Notes under the pieces: model-generated | Told to the model about the DNA's origin: nothing | What the model saw: the letters and a program-made list of their open reading frames with translations, nothing else | Database searches by the model: none | Shown: positions 1 to 28,138 of the stretch, piece by piece | How the letters are laid out: each line of letters opens with the position of its first letter | How positions within the stretch are numbered: position 1 is the stretch's first letter | Source: Bugula neritina | Lineage: Eukaryota > Animalia > Bryozoa | DNA length: 64,000 nucleotides | Reading direction: 5' to 3' | NCBI GenBank assembly: GCA_964035545.1 | Contig: OZ037767.1 | Span: 31,574,628-31,638,627, forward strand | Translations under genes and position numbers: made by a program

Positions 1-197
1 TTCTTAATTTAATTAAGATAAACTTTTTGTAACAAGAAGTTGTCTTCTCATTGCTGTACAAACTTTCAGTTATTTTTGTTTTTGAATCATTCATATAATA
101 TTAGTGATATAAGATATATATTACTCATATAATATTAGTGATATAAAATATATATTATTCATATAATAATAATAATATTGGTTTACGGTTGTCGTAG

Positions 198-864
198 GAG
201 CATATATTACCCACGCTGACAGGTGTGATGGTGCCACAGGGTGTTGACTGGAAGGCAGTGTCAGGGTATCTCATGAAAAAGTATGTGTTGGGATTATCTA
301 CTCTCTGGGAGTGAAACTTCAGCTTTAAGTATTATTTATGAAGTATTGTATTGTATTTAGTTACAGAATAGAGATCAGTTATACAGTATTGTATTGTATT
401 TAGTTACAGGATAGAGATCAATTATACAGTATTGTATTGTATTTAGTTACAGAATAGAGATCAGTTATACAGTATTGTGTTGTATTTAGTTACAGGATAG
501 AGATCAGTTATATAGTATTGTATTGTATTTAGTTACAGGATAGAGATTAATTATACAGTATTGTGTTGTATTTAGTTACAGGATAGAGATCAGTTATACA
601 GTATTGTGTTGTATTTAGTTACAGAATAGAGATCAGTTATACAGTATTGTATTGTATTTAGTTACAGGATAGAGATCAGTTATACAGTATTGTGTTGTAT
701 TTAGTTACAGAATTGAGATCAGTGGAGGTCTGGGTTACACAGCTGGTCAGATCTGGAGAATTGGTCTGATGGGTTACAACGCCAGACCCGACGCAGTCGA
801 CACTCTACTCAGAGCTTTCAAGGAGGCTCTCGAGGCGCACGGCTACACGCCAAGTAAAATGTAA
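198..864 (+). CDS. AGXT: Alanine-glyoxylate/serine-pyruvate aminotransferase, last two coding exons (198-280, 705-864); gene starts upstream of the window
   Basis: Spliced translation [80 protein letters not shown]; the IEISGGLG...WRIGLMG motif is typical of the AGT C-terminus; GT/AG sites are in phase; ends in PTS1-like SKM. Confidence 0.9.
343..722 (+). repeat. ~43-bp intronic minisatellite (~9 copies) containing the AGXT splice acceptor and the start of the exon
   Basis: Unit TTATACAGTATTGTRTTGTATTTAG|TTACAGRATAGAGATCAG; the last copy is the real acceptor (704/705). Confidence 0.9.
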
Positions 865-1109
865 ACGCCACACATACATAGCATTGACATTACTCTGTCA
901 CATGCTAGTGTAGTATTGACTTTGCAAAGCCACACTGACACTACTGACATTGTATTCACATATAGCTTGTATTAGTATAGCAGCTATAACTACTCTATTC
1001 ATTGCTGGCTTTTTGTAAACATTGCCTGCTCAATTATGCAGTTATTTTCATAATACAGATTCCAAAGTCAATAGTTGGTTTATATATAATATATAGAAAG
1101 TATCTGTTG

Positions 1110-1392
1110 CTACAAATGTTACCCTTAGTATTGCTGCGTGACAAATGCTACCCTTGGTATTGCTGCAAATGCTACCCTTGGTATTGCTGCGTGACAAATG
1201 CTACCCTTGGTATTGCTGCGTGACAAATGCTACCCTTAGTATTGCTGCGTTACAAATGCTACCCTTGGTATTGCTGCGTGACAAATGCTACCCTTGGTAT
1301 TGCTGCCTGACAAATGCTACCCTTGGTATTGCTGCCTGACAAATGCTACCCTTGGTATTGCTGCAAGACAAATGCTACCCGTGGTATTGTTA
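1110..1392 (+). repeat. ~29-bp tandem repeat downstream of AGXT
   Basis: TGACAAATGCTACCCTTGGTATTGCTGCG repeated about 10 times; explains ORFs 1002..1223 and 1145..1339. Confidence 0.9.
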
Positions 1393-1871
1393 ACTTCTAT
1401 CATGCCGTGTACATTGTTTACATGTGTATGTTATTTACATTTACACGCCATTAATTTCCTGTAGATTACCATTTTTGAGTGTTCTCTTGCAAAGGTGCGG
1501 TTGCGAAGTGACGGCACCATTTAGTGCCACTGCTTCACCACTCCATGACTCATTAGTTGACCATCAGCTGCAGTATTAGGTTGCAGTATTTTCACTGCAC
1601 CTGTCAGAGCTGTCAACGTGACACAATATTTTCAACTCATCTGATTGGTTTTTCACTTCACTCAATGGCCCAATCAAATCCAAGATTAGTAACAGCAGTT
1701 TTTCAGCATTCTTAACATTACCTCATACTGTTCTTTGTTAACCAATAATTCCAAAGGGCTATGAAAGTACAGTGAAATCCAATAGTAAATCACAGCCTTA
1801 TTTTAATTTAAACACAATAAATAATGTAGTGGTATAACTTAGTCTTAATAAACGAAAATTGGAATGTTAAC

Positions 1872-2538
1872 ACTTATAGACAAAATGTAGAAACCCTTTA
1901 ATAGGTGTTAGATTATTACATAACACCAGTGTGGTAATTTATTCTTTTTATTATAAATATAAATTTGTTTATATATTTATGATATTTTTTTAAAAAATAT
2001 TCCACTGAATATCAGCTAAAGAGCAGCTGCTTGAGTTGATGTCCATATCATTACATTTAAATTAAGTGCTAATTAAACCACAATACTGATATATGATATA
2101 TTTTTATACTTAGCTTGTACTGGTTCATAAAGCTTTTAGAATGTTGAGTAAAACTCGCCAGAAATTGTATTTCTCAGGCAAAGTATCCATAAAATGTATA
2201 AAAATGCTGAGAAATAAGAGAGGTTTTAGTAATACAATAAGATAGGATACTAGCATGCTAATAACACTACAGAATATATTATTACTATAGGATGTCAAAC
2301 ATAATGTCTTATAAAATAGCAATAAATGTCTTAATTGTATTATGAGTATCTGCAATTGAGCCTCTCTTAGAATATAAAAGATAATCTCAGCATAGTAACA
2401 GAAATGCAACTATAAAAATATAATAGTCTATAGACTACTGAACAGAATTAAGGACAATGTAGAGATGGCAAGTTCAACATAAACTAGTTTATCAAAAATA
2501 ATTCAATGTGTTTTGAAAAAAGAAATCACTGTGAAAGT
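1872..2538 (+). repeat. Dispersed duplicate of 13044-13733 (TPCN2 3' flank/UTR region)
   Basis: Near-identical sequence; the spurious ORFs 2125..2409 and 13295..13582 are almost identical. Confidence 0.9.
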
Positions 2539-4457
2539 GCTTTTAACAAGATTAAAACTCTCATGGCCAATGCTAAGACGCTGGCTCATTTTGATTCAAA
2601 TTTGAAAACCAGTGTTGTGGTTGATGCTAGCCCATTTGCATTAGGAGCTGTTTTAGTGCAGAGAGATAGAGTGGTCACGTGGTGGCATATAGACACCGCG
2701 GGTTGACAGATATTGAGCGTAGATATAGTCAAACAGAGAGGGAGGCTTTGGCAATAGTGTGGGCCTGTGAACATTTCATGATGTACTTGTTAGGCATTGA
2801 GTTCGAGCTAATAACAGACCACAGACCCCTAGCATTTATATTTAATAATCCTAGCTCTAAGCCAGTTCCTAGGATAGAGAGGTGGTCATTACGCTCGCAA
2901 TCATTTAGGTTTACAGTGAAATATAAACCTGGAAAAGGAAACATAGCTGATCCACTCTCTAGGCTGTGTAATGTGCTGAATCACAAAGTAAACAGTATTG
3001 CTACAGTAGCAGCAGATGATTATGCTAGGCAGATTGTCAAAGAGGCAATGCCAATAGCTATTAAATGGAAAGACTTGGTAGCTAAGTCTAGTTCATGCAA
3101 AGAAGTTCAAAATGTTCTAGAAGCATTAAAATCTAATGAAATGCAGAAATGTAGCAGATCGTACCAAGTTGTGGAGAATGAACTAAGTGAAATTGATGGC
3201 GTGTTACTCAGTGGTAGTAGGATAGTATTACCAGTTGCACTTAGAGAACATGTGCTGAAATTAGCACATGAAGGGCATCAGGGCATAGTGAAGACCAAAC
3301 AAAGACTTAGGTCTAAAGTGTGGTGGCCTAAAATGGATGATGAGGTCGAGAAATTTTTCAGAAATTGTGCTGACTGTGTTAAAGTAAGTCAACCAAACCC
3401 ACCAGAACCTTTGTCAATGACTAAAATGTCAGTAAATAGAACACTTCTGAAATCATTGAAAATTGCTCACAGTAAAAGGGAGAATTTAGGTAGGGACAGT
3501 AAAAGGGAGAATTTAGGTAGGGAGCTTAGAAAATTCTTGTTAGCCTACCGCTCAACATCTCACAGCAGTACAGGCATCGCTCCATATACTTTGTTATTTG
3601 GGAGGGTGATGAGAACTAAATTGCCTGATTTAGAGGGAGAGATAGATGACACAGTACATGAAAAGGCTAACATTAATGATGCTATGGCCAAGTTAAAATG
3701 CAAAGAATACCCAGATGCTAGACGTGGGGCTAGGGAATCTGAAGTAGAAGTAGGGGATGAAGTTTTGTTGAGGGAGGAAGATAAAGGAAAATTAAGTTGC
3801 AATTTTGGCAATGATAGGCATGTAGTAACATCCAAACAGGGCTCCGATATTGTATGTGAAAACCCAAGCAATGGCAAGGTTACTAGGCGCAATTCGACTT
3901 TTGTCAAAGTTATCCCCAAAACACCTAATTTAAAGAATGATTCACCTGTGGGTGATGCCAACACCCAGCAAAGGCCTCAACGTGTTAGAAAACAACCTGA
4001 TTGGTATGGGGATGTGGTAATTCATGCACTGGATGAGTAATATAAGATAATAATGAAATCTTTCAAATCCCAATTTGAGATTGCCACACCTTTTAGCAAT
4101 ATTTACTTATGATAGTCTAAATGCTGTTTGTTTTTGTTAAAGCTACTATATTTGATGAGTAGCTAACTGTTTATGAATTGCTGTTTATTAGAAATTATTA
4201 TTGCATGCCATTTTATCTAAACTTAGTCTAGAGCACTTGTGAAACTAATTACTTTTAGATGTTATGGGTAACTAATTATCTGTTTGAAGAAAAGAAGGGT
4301 TGTAATGTTTTGAATGTGTGCTGCATGCAATGGAGTTGTTTATTATTACTGCAGATGATGTTTGGCAACTGTATGATGTCATATTCTGAATATATACAAG
4401 ATGAAGATTTACAAATATAAGTTAGTTTTTAGCCCTCAACCGAGTGTAGTCTCTACA
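2530..4457 (+). mobile_element. Degenerate, 5'-truncated Ty3/Gypsy LTR retrotransposon: RNase H, integrase Zn-binding domain, integrase C-terminus, PPT and probable short 3' LTR (4301-4457)
   Basis: VDASPFALGAVLVQ / ERRYSQTEREALAIVWACEHF / TDHRPL / ADPLSR (RNase H); HEGHQG...CADC (HHCC); frameshift near 2690; polypurine GAAGAAAAGAAGGG (4286-4299) followed by TGTA...TACA. Confidence 0.88.
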
Positions 4458-4479
4458 GCATAAACATATAATAACCTCA

Positions 4480-4789
4480 AATTAACACAACGTAAAAATA
4501 ACTAGTTGACGACTTGTAACGCTTTATACTTGTGTTGTTTTTATCGGTGTATTTGTGATTGTTCTTGGTATATAATTAATTATAATACAGTTATTCTTAA
4601 ACGCTCAACTAGCTCGGTCATTTAAATAACTTCGCAAGTAGATATGCAGTAAATACCAGCGCACAATAATACCCAAATCAGTAGTGCACAAAACTACAAT
4701 AAGAAGTGTAAAATATTTGCCACCACTGGGAATCGAACCCGAGTCCTCTGGCTTGCAAGCAAGTGTGCTACCATTACACCACGGAGGTC
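4480..4789 (-). mobile_element. tRNA-derived SINE (degenerate tRNA-like head 4718-4789 plus body)
   Basis: Minus strand GACCTCCGTGGTGTAATGGTAGCAC...GGGTTCGATTCCCAGTGGTGGCA has A and B boxes but mismatched acceptor/anticodon stems; the body recurs at 7759-7910. Confidence 0.7.
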
Positions 4790-5023
4790 ACTGGGTACAC
4801 ACAACATTACAAGAAGTATCATACGTGGTTTATTGTGAAGAAAAATTCAACAGATATCGACAATGACAGGCAACACTTAGTATTACTATTAGAATAAATT
4901 TGAAGCCTTAATCTACCTAATTTAACATAGCAAGTTGGCTAAATTTAGAGAATGAAAGTCAACTTAAACAACTATGACTAGAAATTGCTAGGCAAGTCTT
5001 CAAATTTCGATGGCACTAAAAAC

Positions 5024-6847
<1,824 letters not shown>

Positions 6848-7758
6848 CTAAAAACCAACTCTGCGACCATCACATGCCTGTTACTGATGCCGATAATTTA
6901 ACTTCGCAGTCACGTGAGGTTCATTTTCTTTTAGTACAAAATAAAAACTTTACAAACGCGGGACGGTTTACTATTGCATTAAACTTAATCATGAGTATGA
7001 GGCTATGCTTGTAGACGAATGAACAGTCCTCCCCCCTATCGTAAACTCCAACTGCGGTCTGAAAAATTCAGTGGAGTGGTATATAGACAGCTGACGCTCT
7101 AAAACTTGTCAGATAGCAGCTAAGTTCATGAGCTGCTCCACGACTAGAGCTGTTAGTTAACGCATAGTAAATGAGTTTCAGCATGCATGTGCTATAACTC
7201 GGTTGATTTTTGTAATTAATTGAGTCTGATAGTGTTTAGCATCAAGTCTAACCTTCACCTTGTCATCGGCAACGTGAAATTCATTTACATTAATTTGCGT
7301 GGACGTGCTTCTTGCTAAGCTCTGTAAGTGTAACATAGCTTGAATTTTATTATTATAGACTTTCCTGAAGTATTCACATTGAGCCAGTAATAAAAAGTAG
7401 GTAAAATAATTATTTAATATTTATATCATTATTGGTATTGAATCTAATATTGATAGTAGTACTCATACTTGACTAAAAAAGGTAAGTAACCATTATCATT
7501 ACCGATTCCGGTTTCCATTAGTATAACTATAAGTATTACTATTGCCGTTACACTTACTCAATTTACTTTTAGACTTGATAATTACTATTACTGTATGAGT
7601 CATTACTGATTACAAATTTACTTTAGATTTGCTTTTACTTTTTAGCAATACTAATATTTATATTAATAAAATGTAATATAAATATAACTGAAGACTTGAA
7701 GCTGAGCGCCAATCAATCATTCAATGTATCAATTATAATTATTATAATATAAAATATA

Positions 7759-7910
7759 GTTGTAGTTTTGTGCACTACTATATTAGGTGTTATTGTGTGC
7801 TGGTAATTACTGCGTATCCACTGTGAGGTTATGTGAAGAACCAAACAAGTTGATCACGGAACGAGAGAACTGTATTGAATCAATTACACACGATAAAATC
7901 AGTGTACATA
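7759..7910 (+). mobile_element. Headless second copy of the SINE body
   Basis: TTGTAGTTTTGTGCACTACTATATTAGGTGTTATTGTGTGCTGGTAATTACTGCGTATC matches the reverse complement of 4640-4700; absent from the paralogous region upstream of IAP2. Confidence 0.65.
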
Positions 7911-8622
7911 AAACTAAAAGAGAAAAATATAACAATATGAATAGTTGAAGCAATTACATATGGTTTACCTAGTAGCTACTAACACTGTCCAAAACTGGCT
8001 GTGCGCGGAAGGCGTTACTTACATACATGAAGTCGATCCTGATTGGACGACACAAGATTCCGGCGGTGTCGTCCGCAGTTGCTGGCAGTGTCGCCTGTGA
8101 TTACTAGCGTGGCACCGTATGGAGATGCGGCATGATTTGGAGTTGCCGTTCCTGACCATAATCTATTGAGTTATGTTTGGCAGGGGGTACTGGGGGTATA
8201 CTTCCACTAACCATTACAGTATTTATACCACTATTAGTATTACTATTAGTAATAGTGATACCAATATCAGTCCGCGCCATCTGTGGAAGCTGTAAGTGTA
8301 ACTGTTGCATTGAGTATCAAACACGAACAATAACAGCCGCAATAGAAGTACTACTAGTCGTGTACGTAACCAGTTTTGGATTAGTGCCCCAGTTTAGGCT
8401 TAGCATAAATGCATTGCTCAAGTGGCATTTTACTTTGAAACTAACGATTACAGTTTGAGTTACACAGGTCTACTGACCTAGTCGGACAAACCTGAATGTA
8501 AGCTCCCATCAGCACATGACTGAAGTTGATTTCTAGTGTAGGTTATGGCTGACTAATGCACCTACTTTTAGTTCAAATTAGGTTTAAAATTTCGTTATTG
8601 GTGTGGTTTCTCGTTTTTAGTA

Positions 8623-11600
8623 ATGCCACAAAAAAATTTTGATGCTATTGATGGGGAGGACAGGTTGGCTATTGCAGACTACGTTCCCGGTTATGACTGG
8701 ATTCCTGGAAGGTTTGGGCCACCTCCTGGAATACCAAAGGCTAGAAAAGATGAGTTTGGTAAGCAGCATTCAAGCTACTACTTTCACAGAGCTATAGAAT
8801 CCAAATACTATGAAGATATGCATATGAAGCAATTTTGTGAAAGTTTAGTTAGGGTTATGAATATAATTTCTCAATATGAATATTGTATGTTATACTTATA
8901 TAGATGCAATGAATGACAGAGAATACCTGTATGCGTTCCTCAAACTGTCACAAGAAGAGAAAGAGTCTCTCATGGTGTCTGAAGCAGAAAGAAGAAGGAC
9001 ATTCACAGCTCATTGGCCAATAGAGACAATAGTAAAGGCTAATGACTGTGCCAAGGAAGGGTTTTACTACACTGGTGTTGCTGACAGAGTGCAGTGTGCG
9101 TTCTGTGGAGGCATTGTGAGGAACTGGGAGAGAGGGGATGTACCTAAACTTCAGCATAAAAACTTTTTCAACTACTGCAGGATAGTTCAAAGTGAGTGCC
9201 GCATGAAACTCTTGTCTCAAGTATTTCCAAGTCACTTCTATGGAGTATTGATGTGTTTACTGTTTGTAACTGATTTATTATTTGATATGTTGTAGACAAA
9301 CCCTGTCAGAATATTCCTCTCAATGAGTGTGGACTGCCTAAAGAGTTGATGACGAACCAGTTCAGCAAACCCTATGCCAGTTACAACGGTAAGTTTCTCA
9401 GGTTCTGTTTATTGCCATCATTGTCATGTTAAAAGAAGAAAATTTGCATTCAAGGATCGTCATTCATTTCAAGACCATATTTGGTAGGGTTTTGAGCTGG
9501 AAAAAGATTAAATATGTCTAAACTGTGAAATAAAGCAAGCTGTTCACATCTCACTGTACTGTCACATCTTACATTGTATTACTCAACAGTACCTAATATT
9601 AGGTTTCTTTCTATATACGAATTATCTTGGCTTTAGATCAACCAAACCCGCCACATAGTACTGTCATAGACAATGACTCGTTTGAGCGAGTAAATAGGCG
9701 TGTGGCAGCGTCTGAAGTTAGTGGGGAGGCAGCAGCAGCCACCACAAATGATGGTAAGTTAGGATATGTCTGTGTCATGTAGCATTGTGGTAATCTCTAA
9801 TGTATGGTGTTAGTATATTCCGATATATACTGAGATATGCCTGGCGTGATGGATGGTTTAGTTTATATCATAGTCCTTTTTAAAGCACCTGCTAAAGATG
9901 TCAGTCTCATATTGGAGGTTAGCTCAGTGTTATATTATGCATTAATGTGTGTAAACTGTGTGATTGTAGAACCAGCAACACTGGGAGATCTCAATATCAA
10001 TACAGTCAGGCCCAAGAATCCATCACTCTCTGTATTCACTATGAGGAAAGAAACATACAAAAGATATTCTGATAGTAACCCAGTCCCTGCGGACAAACTG
10101 TGTGAAGCTGGTTTCTTCTACGAAGGTATTGGAGACAAGGTGAAGTGTTTCTGGTGTGATGGAGCTCTGGAAAAGTGGAGTCAAGTAGATGAGCCGTGGA
10201 TGGAGCACGCCAAATGGTACCCAGGATGTACCTATGTTCAGCAAACTAAAGGATTGGATTTTATTAGAAAAGCCAGAGCTACCATGACTCCTGATGATGT
10301 ACACACTGCTAATACCCTGACTTATAACAATGGAGATGTTGCTTTTCTTGGTGAGCCTCAATTTTGATAGAGAAGTCAGTGTTGTTATAGCAACATAACC
10401 TTCTGCCCAAGCAGGTTCCCTTGGTGTATACTCTGTGGTCAGCTATGCCTCAGTTGGTAGATTATTTGCTGTGTTTATATGTAGGGGTGTTCTTCTATGC
10501 TGTTTGATGACAAACAATTGTCCTAAACTCTATAGTAACATCTCACTCTCTTTCACTGTAAGTCTTGAGCCTCACTCAGTCTTCCTGGTATAAGGATATA
10601 ATGGTTATATGGTAGGGCAAGTGCCGGCTGTAAAATCGTTATGTAAAGTTAAGTAATATCTTCTAACCTTTTTATCATCTTGCTACGGGGTATATGTATT
10701 GAAGTGTCTAAAATATTATGCTAGTTCAAATGAAGTGACAGAGACGGGTACTGGGAGAGTAGCATCTTGCATTTATACTATATGAACAGACTGTGTGCCG
10801 ATGTTCAAAGTAACACACACGTGGGTATATTGTGATGCATCATGTGATACATCACGAATATATTTATAGAGATTCCATTTCATGTTACTGAGAAGTTTGG
10901 CTTCAAATATTGTAAGGATTTGGGGTATGACAGACAACACATTATTGCTGTCTACAGCGCTAACAACGGTAAGTGATGCAGTTTCCGATAAAATTACTTG
11001 AGTTTCACTCACTTAGTGTAGTATTGCTTATGGAGTTGTGTGCACATGTAAGATCCTGACTCCCATGGTTGTTTGCTGCTTGTTTGTTACATGACTACTG
11101 CCGATCTTTTATTTCAACACATGTATGGTATTTTATGGTCAAGTCATGTCACAGTCTTGTCACAGTCTTGTCAGTTTCAGGTTTCTGTGTTTCAGATGAG
11201 GAGTTTGAAGAAAACATCTCGAGGATGGTTGGCATAGTGCAGGACCTCCAGGAGGGGGACAGGTCATCACTAGGTAAGGCGCTGTTACTCACAGCATATA
11301 CGTGTGATGTCACAGCATATACGTGTGATGTCACAGCATATACGTGTGATGTCACAGCATGCATATGTAATGTCACAGCACATATGTGTGATGTCACAGC
11401 ATGTGTGGAATGCTAATGCTTCTGTATATTACTTGCAGAGTCTTTTGAAGAAGAGCAAAGGCAGAAGAGAGGTGCGGCAAGCCAAAGTTCACACCGGTAA
11501 GTGTAGGTTATGTAGGTTGTCTAGCTGTGAGTAGCTTTTCCGCAGCAAATAAATTCTTGCCGTGCTTTGTGAAATTGGGCAACTTGACTATGTTATCGTT

Positions 11601-12367
11601 TACATTTCCACACAAACAAATTTAGCATTTAGCATGAAAAGATGAGCTAATCTGCCGATGACTTGATACTCAGGAGTTACTCACTCCTGAATGTGTGGAG
11701 ATTGGGTTGACAACTCTTTATTCATATCTGTTGAAACTATGAAACATCTATTCTGTAATTTTAAATATTTCAGCTCTCTCATCAAAATTCTATCTGACCC
11801 TGGTGAACCCACCAACGACGAGTGTGGTGTTATTATCAAAGCTTTTAGATGCAAAAAATGCAAGAAACAGCTGGTAAGAAATAGTACAGTTGTCTTACCT
11901 GTAGCTATACAATCTCCCTAAGGTTAAACTTATATTTCTTCGCTAAACAATCAATTATAAAATTTAATACTAGAAGGATTATTCAAAAGAAAGTTCTTTG
12001 TATGTTTTCATTAGATAGTAGCCGGAATCTGAGGGGAAATATTAGTAGACTGAGTCACTAGGGATAAGCAATTTTTCCCCAGTGTCTTTAGCATTGGTTT
12101 TTAAATGTCTTGCATGGTGTTGATTAATTTTGGTTTTCTTTTTGGTATCCGTTAAGCCGCTTAATTTCTATGCAGCAAGATTTTTAAATTCTTTTATATG
12201 TAATAGGTTGATAGCTGTGCTTTTTATATTTATTGTAGGCTGGGACAGTTGTCCTCCCCTGTGGATGTTTCTGTTTGTGTCAAGAATGCAGTCGAGGGAA
12301 CCTTCCTACAAAGTGCCCAGCATGCTCCAATGTTGTGAAGGGGGCATGTCCTACATTTCCCTCTTAA
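8623..12367 (+). CDS. Inhibitor of apoptosis protein, copy 1 (BIR-BIR-UBA-like-RING). Exons 8623-8758, 8904-9191, 9296-9388, 9637-9753, 9970-10350, 10870-10968, 11196-11273, 11439-11496, 11774-11873, 12239-12367
   Basis: BIR1 EAERRRTF..WP..GFYYTGVADRVQCAFC..W..H..C; BIR2 AGFFYEGIGDKVKCFWC..W..EHAKWYPGC; RING CKKC..LPCGC..CQEC..CPAC; all splice phases are compatible. Confidence 0.9.
11290..11405 (+). repeat. 21-bp intronic minisatellite in IAP1
   Basis: CACAGCATATACGTGTGATGT x ~5. Confidence 0.85.
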
Positions 12368-12380
12368 CCTTCACACCATT

Positions 12381-12934
12381 AGCCTAGGGCCACACGTGCA
12401 AGACTCATTCATGAACTAATAAAAATGACTTGTTGCCATCGAAGTGGTATATATTAGGGGTATATATATATTATACACCCCAAATATTTACTACAAATTT
12501 CAAAAATAGCATAAATTAAGTAGTATTACTATGCCTATTTGCATCCAATTTACTAGTCTTACATTTATAGCAACTGTAATGTATTTTGCGTAAAATAGCT
12601 ATTGCAAGCATTATTCAATTCATATTCACATTGTAATCACAGGGAAGCTTAAACTTTATAGCTTTGTATTTACGGTAATGAGTTAGTTTTAAAATTTCTT
12701 TTTTATTTTATATGCATAAAAAATGTGTTTAAAAACTTTACCAATAAACAAAACTAAAAAATTGTACACATAAAATACCGAAAAAATAAAAATGGCAAAA
12801 TTTTTCCTCTATAGCTTATATAAACTTGCGGTACCAATCTCGGCAAAATGACTTTTCGTCTAACTAGCGTGTGGCTGGTCACGAAAATCGTCACACGAGT
12901 TTCGTGTGATTCTCACGATCGTGTGGCCAGGCCT
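12381..12934. mobile_element. Composite non-autonomous element containing one arm of the 5024-6847 element (12483-12858), with short GGCCACACG/CGTGTGGCC inverted ends
   Basis: 12483-12858 aligns with 6429-6810; the flanking inverted motifs are imperfect. Confidence 0.55.
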
Positions 12935-13889
12935 TTACTGATAACTTCTAGGCAGTGGGTCACTTATTAAAGACATTTGTTATGTTTTTGTCAACAATAC
13001 TTATTAAAAAAAATTATTGAGTTCAGTACACATGTCTGTCTTGACTTATAGACAAAATGCATATTTAATTAATGTAGAAACCCTTTATTACATAACACTG
13101 GTGTGGTAATTTATTTTATTATAAATATAAAGTTGTTCATATATTTGTATTGCTATTTTTTGAAAAATAATATTCCACTGAATATCAGCTGAAGAGCAGC
13201 TGCTTGAGTTGATGTCCATATCATTACATTTAAATTAAGTGCTAATTAAACCACATTACTGATATATGATATATTATACTTAGCTTGTACTGGTTCATAA
13301 AGCTTTTAGAATGTTGAGTAAAACTCGCCAGAAATTGTATTTCTCAGGCAAAGTATCCATAAAATGTATAAAAACGCTGAGAAATAAGAGAGGTTTTAGT
13401 AATACAATAAGATAGGATACTAGCATCCTGATAACACTACAGAATATATTATTACTATAGGATGTCGAACATAATGTCTTATAAAATAGCAATAAATGTC
13501 TAATTAATTGTATTATGAGTATCTGCAATTGAGCCTCTCTTAGAATATAAAAGATAATCTCAGCATAGTAACTGAAATGCAACTATAAAAATATAATAGT
13601 CTATAGACCACTGAACAGAATTAAGGACAATGTAGAGAAGGCAAGTTCAACATAAACTAGTTTATCAAAAATAATTTAATGTGTTCGGGCTTACTGCAAA
13701 TACCTTTTTAAAAAAGAAATTCACTGTGAAAGTCATATTACTGAAGTGAAAGTGGCTAGAAGTAGGTATAAGATACAAAGTGACTGTACATGAGTTAGTA
13801 ACGAATCTATTGTGATGTAATATTGACTGAGGTAGAGTTTAGAACTACTAACAACAACTAACCATAGTGACTTTAGTACACTGCAACAG

Positions 13890-28138
<14,249 letters not shown>

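Noticed and set aside
2125-2409. Apparently conserved 94-aa ORF also seen at 13295-13582
   Set aside because: The similarity comes from a recent DNA duplication of non-coding sequence; TTG start, no recognisable domain.
4718-4789. Functional tRNA gene
   Set aside because: Acceptor, anticodon and T stems have mismatches and the anticodon loop is 6 nt; better explained as a SINE head.
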